DNA of 64,000 nt from NCBI GenBank assembly GCA_965263355.1, contig CBDHHL010000056.1, positions 352,001-416,000 of the forward strand, in the 5' to 3' direction. The translations under genes and the position numbers were made by a program. The stretch is from Leptolyngbyaceae cyanobacterium (GTDB lineage Bacteria > Cyanobacteriota > Cyanobacteriia > Phormidesmidales > Phormidesmidaceae). The notes under the pieces are model-generated. The model saw only the letters and a program-made list of their open reading frames with translations, was not told where the DNA came from and ran no database searches. The stretch's first letter is position 1, and each line of letters begins with the position of its first letter. Below are positions 43,634 through 54,993 of the stretch, in pieces.

Positions 43634-43858
43634 ATGCCCGTTATTAATTACGACAATCTTTTTTCAAGTTTATTTACCTGGGTTAAAATCGGCGCGTCTC
43701 TTTTCTTATTAGTCATACTCTTCAACAAGCTTATTGATACATGGCAAGATACGCCTCAAACCTTAGAGCAACAAAATCAGATTTTAGAAACGGTTGGTGA
43801 TAGTACCAAACGCCTCATAAAAAAGTCATCAGAAAAAGTAACTGAATACCTTCAATAG
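43634..43858 (+). CDS. Small hypothetical membrane protein
   Basis: One TM segment; GAGG precedes ATG 43634. Confidence 0.55.
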   Translation: MPVINYDNLFSSLFTWVKIGASLFLLVILFNKLIDTWQDTPQTLEQQNQILETVGDSTKRLIKKSSEKVTEYLQ

Positions 43859-43859
43859 G

Positions 43860-44471
43860 TTAAAGTAACTCCAATAAAATTAAATTAGCGACTTCCGTTC
43901 CCTGTAAATCCGACAGATCACTAGAATCATCATCAACCGATCGCACAGCTACCCTCAGCGCCTGTAAAATTGCTTGTAAGGGTGCTGACGCGTAAGCCGC
44001 CCTTAGCTGCTCACTGTTGAGACTGGCCACTAAACTATTAAACCGACTGACGACAAGCTCTAGATTAGCGGCACTCGCTGGAATAACATTAATATCGACT
44101 TCCACACCAATATCTTCAGAGATTTGGTCGACTAAAAAGTCTGCTGCTGTACTATCAAAGCTACCAGACAACAGCGTGTTAAATGCCTGAATTTCTTCTG
44201 TAGTCAGAGCCAGACTAGTATTACCCAGATCTACCTGACCTTGATCTACTACAGCCTGCAACGTACTTATCAATAAGTTGCTAGCTTCTAATGCCAAGGC
44301 TTGATCGACTAGTGCTCCTGTTGCAAACCCATCTCCTTGACCAGTCGTACCGGAATCAGTCTCAAAAACAGGCACAGAACCCGCCAATACTAAGTTGGGG
44401 GTAGCTGACAATAGCAATGTACTACTTAACAGTAAACAAACTTGTTTCAAATGCCGTTCTTTCATTGTCAT
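43860..44471 (-). CDS. Hypothetical secreted acidic protein
   Basis: Signal peptide-like N-terminus ending VLA. Confidence 0.7.
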   Translation of the reverse strand: MTMKERHLKQVCLLLSSTLLLSATPNLVLAGSVPVFETDSGTTGQGDGFATGALVDQALALEASNLLISTLQAVVDQGQVDLGNTSLALTTEEIQAFNTLLSGSFDSTAADFLVDQISEDIGVEVDINVIPASAANLELVVSRFNSLVASLNSEQLRAAYASAPLQAILQALRVAVRSVDDDSSDLSDLQGTEVANLILLELL

Positions 44472-44562
44472 TAAGGTAATTAGATTAGATTATTGTGAAT
44501 TCACTGATTCTAAGGAGTAGCTTTTGAAATTGAGCCTCAAATACAGGTATATTTGCCCAACA

Positions 44563-46320
44563 TTAAAACTTAAAACCATAGCCAAGAGATGCACTAAAAC
44601 GAATGCCCTCTCTGGTGTTGTCAGTCACATCTGACGCCCCAGCAGACAATACCAATGGGAACTCAAATGGTGCTGCAGAAACCCCTACATTGAGAGCGCT
44701 GCCAGTCCAACTACTAACAAGGGACATCTCAGGAATCACTCTCACTCCCACACTGCCAAAGAAGTTAGGTGGATTATCCCCAGCTGCAATAGCCCCTTTA
44801 GACCGAAAGCTCCCAGTCCCTAGACCAGCCGAAACAATTAGAGGCAAAGGGTTTGACTTATTGGGTTGTAGATCAAACCGCTGGGTTACCACACCGTAAA
44901 TAGTATCCTCCGCATCATCGGCATTGCCCCACGTAATGGGATTAGACCAACCCAATGCAACGGCCAGATTATCAGCCTCTGGAATAATTTTGTGGAGTTT
45001 AAAGCCAATCTGCCCATCATCCCCAAAACCATCCAAACTAATAATGCCGACATTAATCTCCACCCCCACAGATGAGATAGCATCACCAACCCCAGCCCCC
45101 AAACTGAGCGAGCCATCGGTATCACTCCGATCACCATCTGAAACGCCAGCAATACCAATAAAAGCATCCCCTTCATCAGCGCCATAGGCAGTGGGTGTGC
45201 CAAAACTGGATGCAGGCGCAGGAACCGGTGGTGGAAAGAATGGTGCATCAACCGATAACAGCTGACGCAGTTCTTCATCGGTCAAATCTTCTGGACTAAA
45301 GCTATCCCCTACCGAACCAGACGAGTCTGGAACAGGTATCTGGGCAAGGCTTGGTGCGTCTTCTTCCTGTTTTACAGATGAGGCTGGGTCCTCAGCAACC
45401 ACTGACGTATTGTGAGCATGTAAGCTAGGTGCATACACAACGCTTATAGGCACAGCTCCAGCCGGCAGAGGGGCCGTCGCAGCAGTAGTAAACGCGTCTC
45501 GGGATACTTGGGTAGTTTCCATAGAGTTCCCTGTATCCATGGAAGCATTCGGCTCAACAACAGGCTCAGCTACAGGCATACTCGGGGCAATCACCCGTGT
45601 AGATGGCAAAGCATCTGCTGTCACGTGGGCTAGAGAACTTGTGGTGGGCAGCTCCCGCGTAGCCGTAGCGACCAACTGTTTAAGTTTAGTGACCCTAACA
45701 TCAGACTGATCAACAACTTCAGCTTCAGATAATGGCTGCGTAACCGTAGACACCAAATGATCAAGCTTGGCTGCCGCACCACTGTTAATCGATAGATTAG
45801 CAGCTGCGTCTGATGGAGCAGGTACGGCAACTATTTCAGCCTCGAATTCAGGCACAGCTGTCTTAGATTGAGACTCTGGTGCAGGGTCTGGTAACTGTCG
45901 GGTAGCTGTAGATACTAAATGGTCAAGTCTAGCTGTATCACTGTCGTTAGTCAGAAAATCGGCAGCAGGGTCGGCAGCAGGCTTTAATGGTGCAGGTGCC
46001 ACAACTATTTCAGAATCAGAATCCGATTCAGGCTCAGTCACCTCAAGTTGAGGCTCGTTAGGAACAGATTGGGAACTAAACTCAGGCTGCTGCAGATCAT
46101 TGTCTGGAAGAATACCTTGGGCATTGGCTTCCACAGCAGCATTGGCAGATTCTGCAACATCCAGTTGAGCGGTTACAACCAGATCAACAACATTGTCACT
46201 AGCTGATTGCTCAGTGCTAGTACTCATTTCATTAGCACTAGCACGTCCTAAATTTGCTGAGGCAAATGTAGCGAGTAAGGTTAACCAGCCAATTAGGACT
46301 TTATCAGAGGGCTTAATCAC
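44563..46320 (-). CDS. Hypothetical exported protein: repetitive disordered N-half and probable outer-membrane beta-barrel C-half
   Basis: Signal peptide, acidic Pro-rich repeats, alternating beta-strand pattern, C-terminal SLGYGFKF. Confidence 0.65.
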   Translation of the reverse strand: MIKPSDKVLIGWLTLLATFASANLGRASANEMSTSTEQSASDNVVDLVVTAQLDVAESANAAVEANAQGILPDNDLQQPEFSSQSVPNEPQLEVTEPESDSDSEIVVAPAPLKPAADPAADFLTNDSDTARLDHLVSTATRQLPDPAPESQSKTAVPEFEAEIVAVPAPSDAAANLSINSGAAAKLDHLVSTVTQPLSEAEVVDQSDVRVTKLKQLVATATRELPTTSSLAHVTADALPSTRVIAPSMPVAEPVVEPNASMDTGNSMETTQVSRDAFTTAATAPLPAGAVPISVVYAPSLHAHNTSVVAEDPASSVKQEEDAPSLAQIPVPDSSGSVGDSFSPEDLTDEELRQLLSVDAPFFPPPVPAPASSFGTPTAYGADEGDAFIGIAGVSDGDRSDTDGSLSLGAGVGDAISSVGVEINVGIISLDGFGDDGQIGFKLHKIIPEADNLAVALGWSNPITWGNADDAEDTIYGVVTQRFDLQPNKSNPLPLIVSAGLGTGSFRSKGAIAAGDNPPNFFGSVGVRVIPEMSLVSSWTGSALNVGVSAAPFEFPLVLSAGASDVTDNTREGIRFSASLGYGFKF

Positions 46321-46503
46321 AGTTGTATTCCCTTTAGCTAACTTATTTAATGAGCTCTAAAGTATGCAAATAGCTATTAAATAAAATAGCTGTACTAGTC
46401 TTGTTTTGAATACATTTCCCAAAAAAGATCGGAAATATAACAATAGACTCAAAATTTTTGGTGAATGAAAACAGCTCATTATTATTTATTAATAAATAGC
46501 ATA

Positions 46504-46534
46504 AGTGGGAAGGAAATTAAATCCCCTTCCCACT
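46504..46534 (-). terminator. Hairpin after ilvC
   Basis: agtgggaagg / ccttcccact 10-bp stem. Confidence 0.55.
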
Positions 46535-46602
46535 GATAAAATCTGAACAGCAGGCACTTGACCTTAACTGTTCCAGTTATTTTTTTACCTTGAAAAGCTG
46601 TC

Positions 46603-47667
<1,065 letters not shown>

Positions 47668-47904
47668 TCAGTAGTGCAGCCTTTTATCGTACCAAACCAC
47701 CTGCCACTGGTTTATTCATTCATACAAAGTCTGCATAAAATGTGGGGTGGGCACGGTCCACCAGGTAGGGGCGTTGACTGGTGCGTTCTGAGCTTACGGT
47801 TCAGGCATACACCACAAAAGGCAATGGCAGATAACGTAACGAAATGTGTTTGAATACAGGAGCTATAGTATGAGCGACCAAGTTTATTCGTGCTCGCGTC
47901 TATA

Positions 47905-48533
47905 GTGGAAACTCTTCAGGCAAATAAAATCCCCTTGCACAACTTGCAGAGGATTTGGACCTGGTGGCAGACGCTACTGGGACTACATTTCTGGAATGGC
48001 AAGAGTTGATGCCGGAGTTAACCACTCGTGACGTTGAGGCCGTTGAGGGAATTAAACAGGAGTATTTGCATTTAGCCAGGTATGACCTGCTAGAACCTGT
48101 TGTTAAGCGAGTAATCCTGTCACCACTCTTAAAATTAGCTGGATTTTATCGTCCGCCCTTTTACATCGCAGCGGAAAAATTTATTGATTTAATCTCTCAG
48201 GATGGTGAGCTAACTGTACGGGGACAAATTTATATCCTGGTTTTTCAACCTAAATTTTGGGTGATTTTAATTGAGGCTAAACGCAGCTATTATTCTTTGA
48301 GAGCCGCTATTCCCCAACCCTTGGCATACATGATGGGGCAAGCTCAGCCCGTTAGTTTTGGATTTGTCACTAATGGTAGTGAGTTCCAGTTTCTTAAGTT
48401 GACTAACCAAAATGGCTGGCAATACAGCTTATCCCATACGTTTTCCTTAGATCGCAAAGACGACCTGCAACAGGTCATTCGGCCCCTGAGACACTTAGGA
48501 CAAGTAGTTACAAAAAATTCTAAGCAGCTATGA
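47905..48533 (+). pseudogene. Degenerate type I restriction HsdR N-terminal-like PD-(D/E)xK protein
   Basis: IEAKR, FGFVTNG, SPLL motifs. The N-terminus VETLQANKIPLH (GTG 47905) is out of frame with ORF 47955, and the presumed catalytic Asp appears as Tyr (RGQIYIL). Confidence 0.6.
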
Positions 48534-48535
48534 AA

Positions 48536-48572
48536 AAACCGATGGGCTATGTATAGCAAAGCCCATCGGTTT
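48536..48572. terminator. Bidirectional terminator hairpin
   Basis: 13-bp stem aaaccgatgggct / agcccatcggttt between convergent genes. Confidence 0.7.
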
Positions 48573-48608
48573 AAAGGGTGAATAGAAAATCTATTGACTG
48601 ACGGTCTC

Positions 48609-49475
48609 CTATGCCATCAAACGACGCCGTGCCAGCATACCACCGAGGACTACTAAACCTAACAAAGCACCGGGTTCAGGTGTTTGAGCCGTATCGTCTC
48701 CTTCTTCAAAATCAAAGGTGCTGTCGCTAAAACGGAAGGAATAGTTATCGGTCTCAAAACCACCGCCACCGGTTTGGGTGATTTTAATGCGATTAAACAA
48801 ACCAGTTTCTTGGTTTGCGTAGAAATGCACGTAACCGTTGTACTCGTTATTGTGGTGCGCTGCTTTGGTGGGCAGTTTAGAGTCACTCCCACCAAAAACA
48901 TTGTTATAGTCAAACAGGCCTAGGCTAGTTTCAATGCCATTGTCGTCAACGTTCAAAAACTCAAACTTGTTCTCAGGGCTCAGGGCTCCCCAGTTCATTC
49001 CAAAGTAGTTGAGACTGCTCGCTAAATCAACGGTGACCGAATTGCCTTGAAAAACTGCTAAATAATCTGAGGTATTTCTCTCAGCATTGGCACCAGTAGG
49101 AGCCCAAACGTTACTTTTGATATTTGTGCCATTGGCACCCAGGGCTTTATCAAAGGTGAATATCATGGACTCATCACCAAAGGTGTAAGCATTGTCTTGG
49201 CCTGCAACCGCCCTGCGAGCACTCGAATCATTGAAGTCAAGGGTAACGACACCCTCGTTGTAATAAAAATCAGAGAATGCTCCCAAGGTACCGTTGGGGT
49301 CATCGAGCAGGTTCATGCCCTTAGTTACCTTAGCGGTAATGCCATCAATAGAGAACTCGCTGTAAATCGGCAAAGACGCATCATCAAAATCATCTGCCTG
49401 AGCCAGAGGTGCAACTGTTAGGGGCGCTACGATAGTAATGGTTGTAGCTAGCAACATCTGATAAATACGCTTCAT
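48609..49475 (-). CDS. PEP-CTERM exosortase-dependent surface protein
   Basis: Signal peptide (PLAQA); C-terminal TPEP-GALLGLVVLGGML-ARRR. Confidence 0.88.
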   Translation of the reverse strand: MKRIYQMLLATTITIVAPLTVAPLAQADDFDDASLPIYSEFSIDGITAKVTKGMNLLDDPNGTLGAFSDFYYNEGVVTLDFNDSSARRAVAGQDNAYTFGDESMIFTFDKALGANGTNIKSNVWAPTGANAERNTSDYLAVFQGNSVTVDLASSLNYFGMNWGALSPENKFEFLNVDDNGIETSLGLFDYNNVFGGSDSKLPTKAAHHNNEYNGYVHFYANQETGLFNRIKITQTGGGGFETDNYSFRFSDSTFDFEEGDDTAQTPEPGALLGLVVLGGMLARRRLMA

Positions 49476-49968
49476 GGTGAAATTTTGTTGTTTGATACTG
49501 AATGAATTATTTAAGCGAATTGTTGCAGACGTGCTCTCTGCTACATGCTTGTGATTAGTATCACCATTAGAGGGCTTACCCCCTAGGGGGAAATACCCCT
49601 AAAATAGAAGCGCCAAACCTTTAGTTGGTTTTACAGTGGGTAACGTTAAATTGAGGCAACAAGTGTCTATAAATCAGTAAATACGCTTAGGAAAATCGTT
49701 CACGTAACATGTTGATTAGCTAGTTTGATCTACTTGGCTTAACTGAATTCATAGTACTGGCCTACGTCTTACCCCGGAGTCGGGTTAGACCAGCTCCATT
49801 GCCAGTCGTAATCATTTCAAAAGCTTTATTCAACTCACCGCTTCAATTTCAAGAACAGAAAACAGAATCATTTCGATTCTGTACAAAAGAACAACCAGTA
49901 AAGAGTAAATTCTCTTCACTGGTTGCCCTTCATCAAGTTATGACTCTAGTTTTTAGTTTTACGTTGCT

Positions 49969-51414
49969 CTAGATCTGTGGCATCTGCTCATGCCAGGGAG
50001 TAGCTGTTTCGTAGGCCGATGCAACTTCAAACAGAATATCTTCTCGTAAAACATTACTAATCAGTTGCATACCAATGGGTAACCCTGCCCCGTCAAAACC
50101 ACAGGGCAAACTAATACCTGGTAAACCTGCCAAGTTCACTGTAATTGTCATCAGGTCAGATAAATACATGCTGAGGGGATCATCAACCTTTTCCCCTGCC
50201 TTAAACGCCGTACTGGGCACCGTAGGTGTCAGCAACACGTCCACATCTTTAAACGCCGCTTCAAAATCTTGCTTGATCAAGGTACGCACCTTCTGGGCCT
50301 GAAGGTAATAGGCATCGTAGTAACCGGCAGAGAGGGCATAGGTACCAATCATGATGCGGCGCTTTACCTCAGGACCAAACCCTTCTGCACGGGTCTGCTT
50401 GTACAGGTCAAGTAGGTTGTCAGTCTGAGCCCGCTGACCATAGCGAACACCGTCATAGCGCGCCAAGTTTGATGAGGCTTCTGACGGGGCAATGATGTAG
50501 TAGGTGGGTAAACCGTATTTGAAGTTGGGGCAGGAAATTTCGACAATGTCAGCCCCCAGTTCCTTCATCTGCTCAACTACGTCATCCATGGCTTTAGCCA
50601 CATCATCGTCTACTCCTTCGCCAAAGGTTTCTTGAATCAAACCGATGCGCTTACCCTTGAGGTCAGTCTTTAAATGTTGGGTATAGTCAGGAATCTTAAC
50701 CTTCAAACTGGTGGAATCTTTGACATCGTGTCCCGCAATGACCTGTAGCAAAATCGCCGCATCCTCCACTGTGCGACTAAAGGGACCAATCTGATCCAAC
50801 GAGGACGCAAACGCTACTAGACCATAACGGGACACCAGTCCATAGGTAGGCTTCATTCCTACCACACCACAGTAGGCTGCCGGCTGGCGGATGGAGCCCC
50901 CAGTATCTGAGCCCAGGGAAATGGGAGCTTGATCGGCAGCAACAGCAGCAGCAGATCCACCGGAAGACCCACCGGGTACACGGTCGATATCCCAAGGATT
51001 AGCCGTTAGCTGATAGGCCGAATTTTCGGTGGAGCTGCCCATGGCAAACTCATCCATATTAGTCTTGCCGAGGAAAATAGCCCCCGCATTTGCCAAACGC
51101 TGGGTTACTGTCGACTCATAGGGAGGGATAAATCCGGCCAAAATTTTGGACGCGCAGGTGGTGTGGATACCTTTGGTGCAGAGATTATCCTTCAGGGCAA
51201 TGGGGATGCCGGTTAAGGGACCTAAGGGGGCTCCTGCTGCGATCGCAGCATCTACCTGCTGAGCCTGGGCCAATGCCTTGTCAGCCGTCACCGTCAAAAA
51301 GCTATGGAGTTTGGGCTCTAACGCCTGCAATCGGTCTAAATAATCCTGAGTAATTTCAACCGCAGTACGCTCTTTTTGGGTGAGCTGTTGCTGCAACTTG
51401 CGAATGACTGACAT
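49969..51414 (-). CDS. gatA: Glutamyl-tRNA(Gln) amidotransferase subunit A
   Basis: [43 protein letters not shown]. Confidence 0.97.
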   Translation of the reverse strand: MSVIRKLQQQLTQKERTAVEITQDYLDRLQALEPKLHSFLTVTADKALAQAQQVDAAIAAGAPLGPLTGIPIALKDNLCTKGIHTTCASKILAGFIPPYESTVTQRLANAGAIFLGKTNMDEFAMGSSTENSAYQLTANPWDIDRVPGGSSGGSAAAVAADQAPISLGSDTGGSIRQPAAYCGVVGMKPTYGLVSRYGLVAFASSLDQIGPFSRTVEDAAILLQVIAGHDVKDSTSLKVKIPDYTQHLKTDLKGKRIGLIQETFGEGVDDDVAKAMDDVVEQMKELGADIVEISCPNFKYGLPTYYIIAPSEASSNLARYDGVRYGQRAQTDNLLDLYKQTRAEGFGPEVKRRIMIGTYALSAGYYDAYYLQAQKVRTLIKQDFEAAFKDVDVLLTPTVPSTAFKAGEKVDDPLSMYLSDLMTITVNLAGLPGISLPCGFDGAGLPIGMQLISNVLREDILFEVASAYETATPWHEQMPQI

Positions 51415-51767
51415 TCGGGCTCCTTCAGTATGCCTAGCAATTCCAAGCTAACAGTATAGGTGGGAATGGCAGCAATGGAACGAATACCCTAAACTGCAAT
51501 CTATCCTGTCCTGGTATTGTCTTTAAACAAGACACCATTGACAAAACACTGTAAAAATTATGCTGACAAAATAATTTTTTCGGGTGTGGAGATAAGTTGG
51601 GTGAAAGAAGATTCAGCCCTATGGATCTCAGCTGCCGCATCAATGTTTTGGGGGAAATGTGTAGCTGGGTACAATCTTGCTTATTATCTTTGCTATTAAA
51701 TCTTTAATAGGTTACTGAGTGTATTTAGTAACTTAGGGCTATCAAAAGAACTACGAGTAGACATTGC

Positions 51768-53201
51768 TTGTCCTTAACTCAATTCCCTGAGAATCATCTG
51801 CGTTATCGTTATTCCGGTTTATCAGCGTATATGTTCCTCTTTCGTTCCCCAGCTAAACCTATATGGCGTCGGACTTGGCTACGTCTGCTACTGATATCTA
51901 GCAGCACCCTTGGGTTTATGGCATTGGTGGCTTCTCAACTGCCATCTGAGTGGACACAAAAACTTGAACCACTGATGGATTTTTCTACAGCCCATGCTGA
52001 TGCTGCCGCCCCATCACCATCTACTCCCCAGGATGAGACCTCCTCGATCGAACTGCGTCAGATCAACACTGAAGGGATTGTCAGGCCTTATTTAACCTTA
52101 AATAAGCTGAGCTACAGTTTGACCCAGCGCGCACTTGAACAAGAGCAAGCTGCCGTTAGCTATAGGAGTGCGATCGCGCTAGCCCAGCAAGCCTTAGCCT
52201 TACGTCAGCAAGGCCATAGTCTTGAGCTAAGTGAACAGGAAAAAGCCCTTTGGCACAAAGCGATTCGTACCCTTGAGACTGTAAATAGTAACGCAGAGCA
52301 GTACCCCCAAGCCCAGGCAAAATTAAGAGAGTATAGCAACGTAGCAACGTATGTTAGTCGTCGCATTAACCAGCAACGCTCCGATTTTCTAGTTCCAATC
52401 GCCAGCGAACGCGGCGACCCCGATACGGTACGCATTTCCCTCTGTCAGTTAGGGACCGATGAATGTCGTTCATTTCGGGGTGATGTGCCCCCTACCAGCC
52501 TTGCCAGCTTAGTAAAACTGCCCATTGCTGTGGCTTTAATGCATCAAGTAACCCAGGGTAAAGCTAGTTTAGATGAGCAGATTTATATTGAACCTAGTAA
52601 TTTCACTGAAAATGCCCAGGGTGCAAAAATTTTTGTCAATAAGACCTACACCCTACGAGAAGTCATGGTTCGCATGATTACTGAGAGCAATAACATTGCT
52701 ACCAATCAGTTGATCGACTATATGGGCTATGACATCATCAACGAAGCACTTAAATCAGAAGGGTTTTCAGACACTACCGTAGGTCATAAACTCGTTGGCA
52801 CCAGCACCTACCCTCAAAGTATGGGCTCAGGCAAAAACCGCAGCACTGCGGATGAACTGACGCAGATGATGATGCGAATCTATAGTTTTACCAAGGCTAG
52901 TGATGAGGAAATCCTCAACGCCCTGGTGGGGCAATATGACCTTGATTTTGGCTATCGAGCCCTAATCAAGGAAAAACCTGATATTTTTTGGATTGGTGAA
53001 AAAACTGGTCAAAATTCTTCTGTTATTGGCAGTACCGTCGCCTTTAAGGTGGGTGAAGAGCGCTATGTCATGACCGTAACTATCGACGAAAGTGCAAACC
53101 AGGACCGACTGCGGCAGATTATCCGAGATGTGGCTCGCCATGTTTTAGAAAACGGACCTTTAGACCAATCGGTAGTGCCTAAATTAGCGCAGAAAATTTA
53201 G
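51768..53201 (+). CDS. Membrane-anchored serine hydrolase, class A beta-lactamase/PBP-like fold
   Basis: SxxK (SLVK), SNN, KTG motifs; N-terminal TM and helical region; start uncertain (perhaps 51831). Confidence 0.85.
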   Translation: MSLTQFPENHLRYRYSGLSAYMFLFRSPAKPIWRRTWLRLLLISSSTLGFMALVASQLPSEWTQKLEPLMDFSTAHADAAAPSPSTPQDETSSIELRQINTEGIVRPYLTLNKLSYSLTQRALEQEQAAVSYRSAIALAQQALALRQQGHSLELSEQEKALWHKAIRTLETVNSNAEQYPQAQAKLREYSNVATYVSRRINQQRSDFLVPIASERGDPDTVRISLCQLGTDECRSFRGDVPPTSLASLVKLPIAVALMHQVTQGKASLDEQIYIEPSNFTENAQGAKIFVNKTYTLREVMVRMITESNNIATNQLIDYMGYDIINEALKSEGFSDTTVGHKLVGTSTYPQSMGSGKNRSTADELTQMMMRIYSFTKASDEEILNALVGQYDLDFGYRALIKEKPDIFWIGEKTGQNSSVIGSTVAFKVGEERYVMTVTIDESANQDRLRQIIRDVARHVLENGPLDQSVVPKLAQKI

Positions 53202-53508
53202 GCATTCTGAACAATATTTTTACCAGTTTGGCACCCTGGAAATTTTCAATTTTCGCTAACGAACGTGAACATAGAAATTTTTCCTATGTAGTTTTTTCCT
53301 ATGCAGTTTATTAAGCTGTAAGAATCAGAGTAGCGAGCCATTACATTTGCCCAACTTATAAAGCCGATAGGAATTATTGTGGACGGTTCCGTTTGTCGGG
53401 TATATCAGGACACAAACCAAAAATAATTTGTTTCAACCTCTTGTCAAGGATTGGATACACCCTCAAACTAAATAATGAATTAACAAACTGCGCAAGTGAG
53501 ACAATCCT

Positions 53509-54795
53509 GTGAAAAGAGTTCTTTCGATTATTCTCGGCGGCGGTGCTGGTACTCGCCTCTATCCCTTAACTAAGTTTCGTGCAAAGCCCGCAGTTCCTCT
53601 AGCCGGTAAATATCGATTGATTGATATTCCAGTTAGCAACTGTATCAATTCAGAAATAGTAAAGATCTACGTTCTCACGCAGTTTAATTCAGCCTCACTC
53701 AACCGTCATCTCACTCGCGCCTATAACTTTTCTCAGTTTAGCGATGGCTTTGTTGAAGTGCTGGCTGCTCAGCAAACCCCCGAGAGCCCCAGTTGGTTCC
53801 AGGGTACTGCAGACGCTGTTCGTAAGTATCTGTGGCTGTTTGAAAGCTGGGATGTGGATGAAGTGATCATCCTTTCGGGTGATCACCTTTACCGTATGGA
53901 CTACAGACTGTTTGTTGAGCGTCATCGTAGTACTGGAGCGGATATCACGCTATCGGTTGTTCCGGTGGGTTATAAGGTCGCACCTAGCTTTGGTCTGATG
54001 AAAATCGACAATGCCGGACGCATTGTCGACTTTCACGAAAAGCCTAAGGGCGATGCACTGGAGGCGATGAAGGTAGATACCAGTTCGTTGGGATTAAGTC
54101 CTGAAGAGGCAAAGGAAAAGCCTTTCATTGCTTCGATGGGTATTTATGTTTTTACGAAGCAAGCACTGATTGATTTACTACGGCGTTCTCCTGAGCAGAC
54201 CGACTTTGGTAAAGAGATCATTCCAGGAGCCGCCCGTGACTATAATCTCCAGGCCTATCTCTTTGACGGGTATTGGGAAGATATTGGAACTATTGAAGCA
54301 TTCTTTCATGCCAACTTGGCCCTGACTCAGCAGCCTCGTCCACTGTTTAGCTTTTACGAAGAAGACGCGCCGATCTATACAAGGGCCCGCTATCTTCCTC
54401 CTAGCAAGTTGCTCGATTGCAAAGTTAGTCAGTCGATTGTTGGCGATGGTTGCATCCTCAAACAGTGCAGCATTACTCACACGGTGATTGGGTTACGTCA
54501 GCGTATTGGGGCTGGCTGCGAGATTGAAAATGCTTTACTCATGGGAGCTGACTACTATGAGAATACGACTGATAATCAGCACCTGACCCGTGGCAAGATA
54601 CCTGTCGGTATTGGGGAAGACTCCATTATTAAACAGGCCATTATTGATAAAAATGCCCGCATTGGTAGCAATGTGAAAATTGTCAACAAGGAAAATATTC
54701 AGGAAGCTGAACGGGAAGATCTAGGTTTTTATATCCGTAGCGGCATTGTCGTTGTGCTTAAGAACGCAGTCATTCCCGATGGCATGATCATTTAA
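53509..54795 (+). CDS. glgC: Glucose-1-phosphate adenylyltransferase
   Basis: [47 protein letters not shown]. Confidence 0.97.
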   Translation: MKRVLSIILGGGAGTRLYPLTKFRAKPAVPLAGKYRLIDIPVSNCINSEIVKIYVLTQFNSASLNRHLTRAYNFSQFSDGFVEVLAAQQTPESPSWFQGTADAVRKYLWLFESWDVDEVIILSGDHLYRMDYRLFVERHRSTGADITLSVVPVGYKVAPSFGLMKIDNAGRIVDFHEKPKGDALEAMKVDTSSLGLSPEEAKEKPFIASMGIYVFTKQALIDLLRRSPEQTDFGKEIIPGAARDYNLQAYLFDGYWEDIGTIEAFFHANLALTQQPRPLFSFYEEDAPIYTRARYLPPSKLLDCKVSQSIVGDGCILKQCSITHTVIGLRQRIGAGCEIENALLMGADYYENTTDNQHLTRGKIPVGIGEDSIIKQAIIDKNARIGSNVKIVNKENIQEAEREDLGFYIRSGIVVVLKNAVIPDGMII

Positions 54796-54797
54796 CC

Positions 54798-54959
54798 GTA
54801 GGGTGGGCGTGCCCACCCTTCACGGGAGGTGCCCCCTCAAAAGGGCTTCCGAAACGGAAGCCCTTTTGCATAAATGTCGTTATCGAATCCTGGGTTTATT
54901 CTGGTGGTAATGTGCCAGGGTGATTTTATTCGCCCATCGGTGGGCGTTGCTCACCCTAC
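54798..54959. repeat. Inverted pair of GTAG-type REP-like palindromes (REPIN-like)
   Basis: GTAGGGTGGGCGTGCCCACC at 54798 and the inverted GGTGGGCGTTGCTCACCCTAC ending 54959. Confidence 0.65.
54838..54868 (+). terminator. Intrinsic terminator after glgC
   Basis: caaaagggcttccg-aaa-cggaagcccttttg. Confidence 0.75.
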
Positions 54960-54993
54960 TTTCCATTACCCACTTTCTACTCCCTCTCTAAAA

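Noticed and set aside
51768..53201. Antibiotic-resistance beta-lactamase
   Set aside because: SNN variant, long membrane-anchored N-terminus and no mobile context fit the common cyanobacterial PBP-like serine hydrolases
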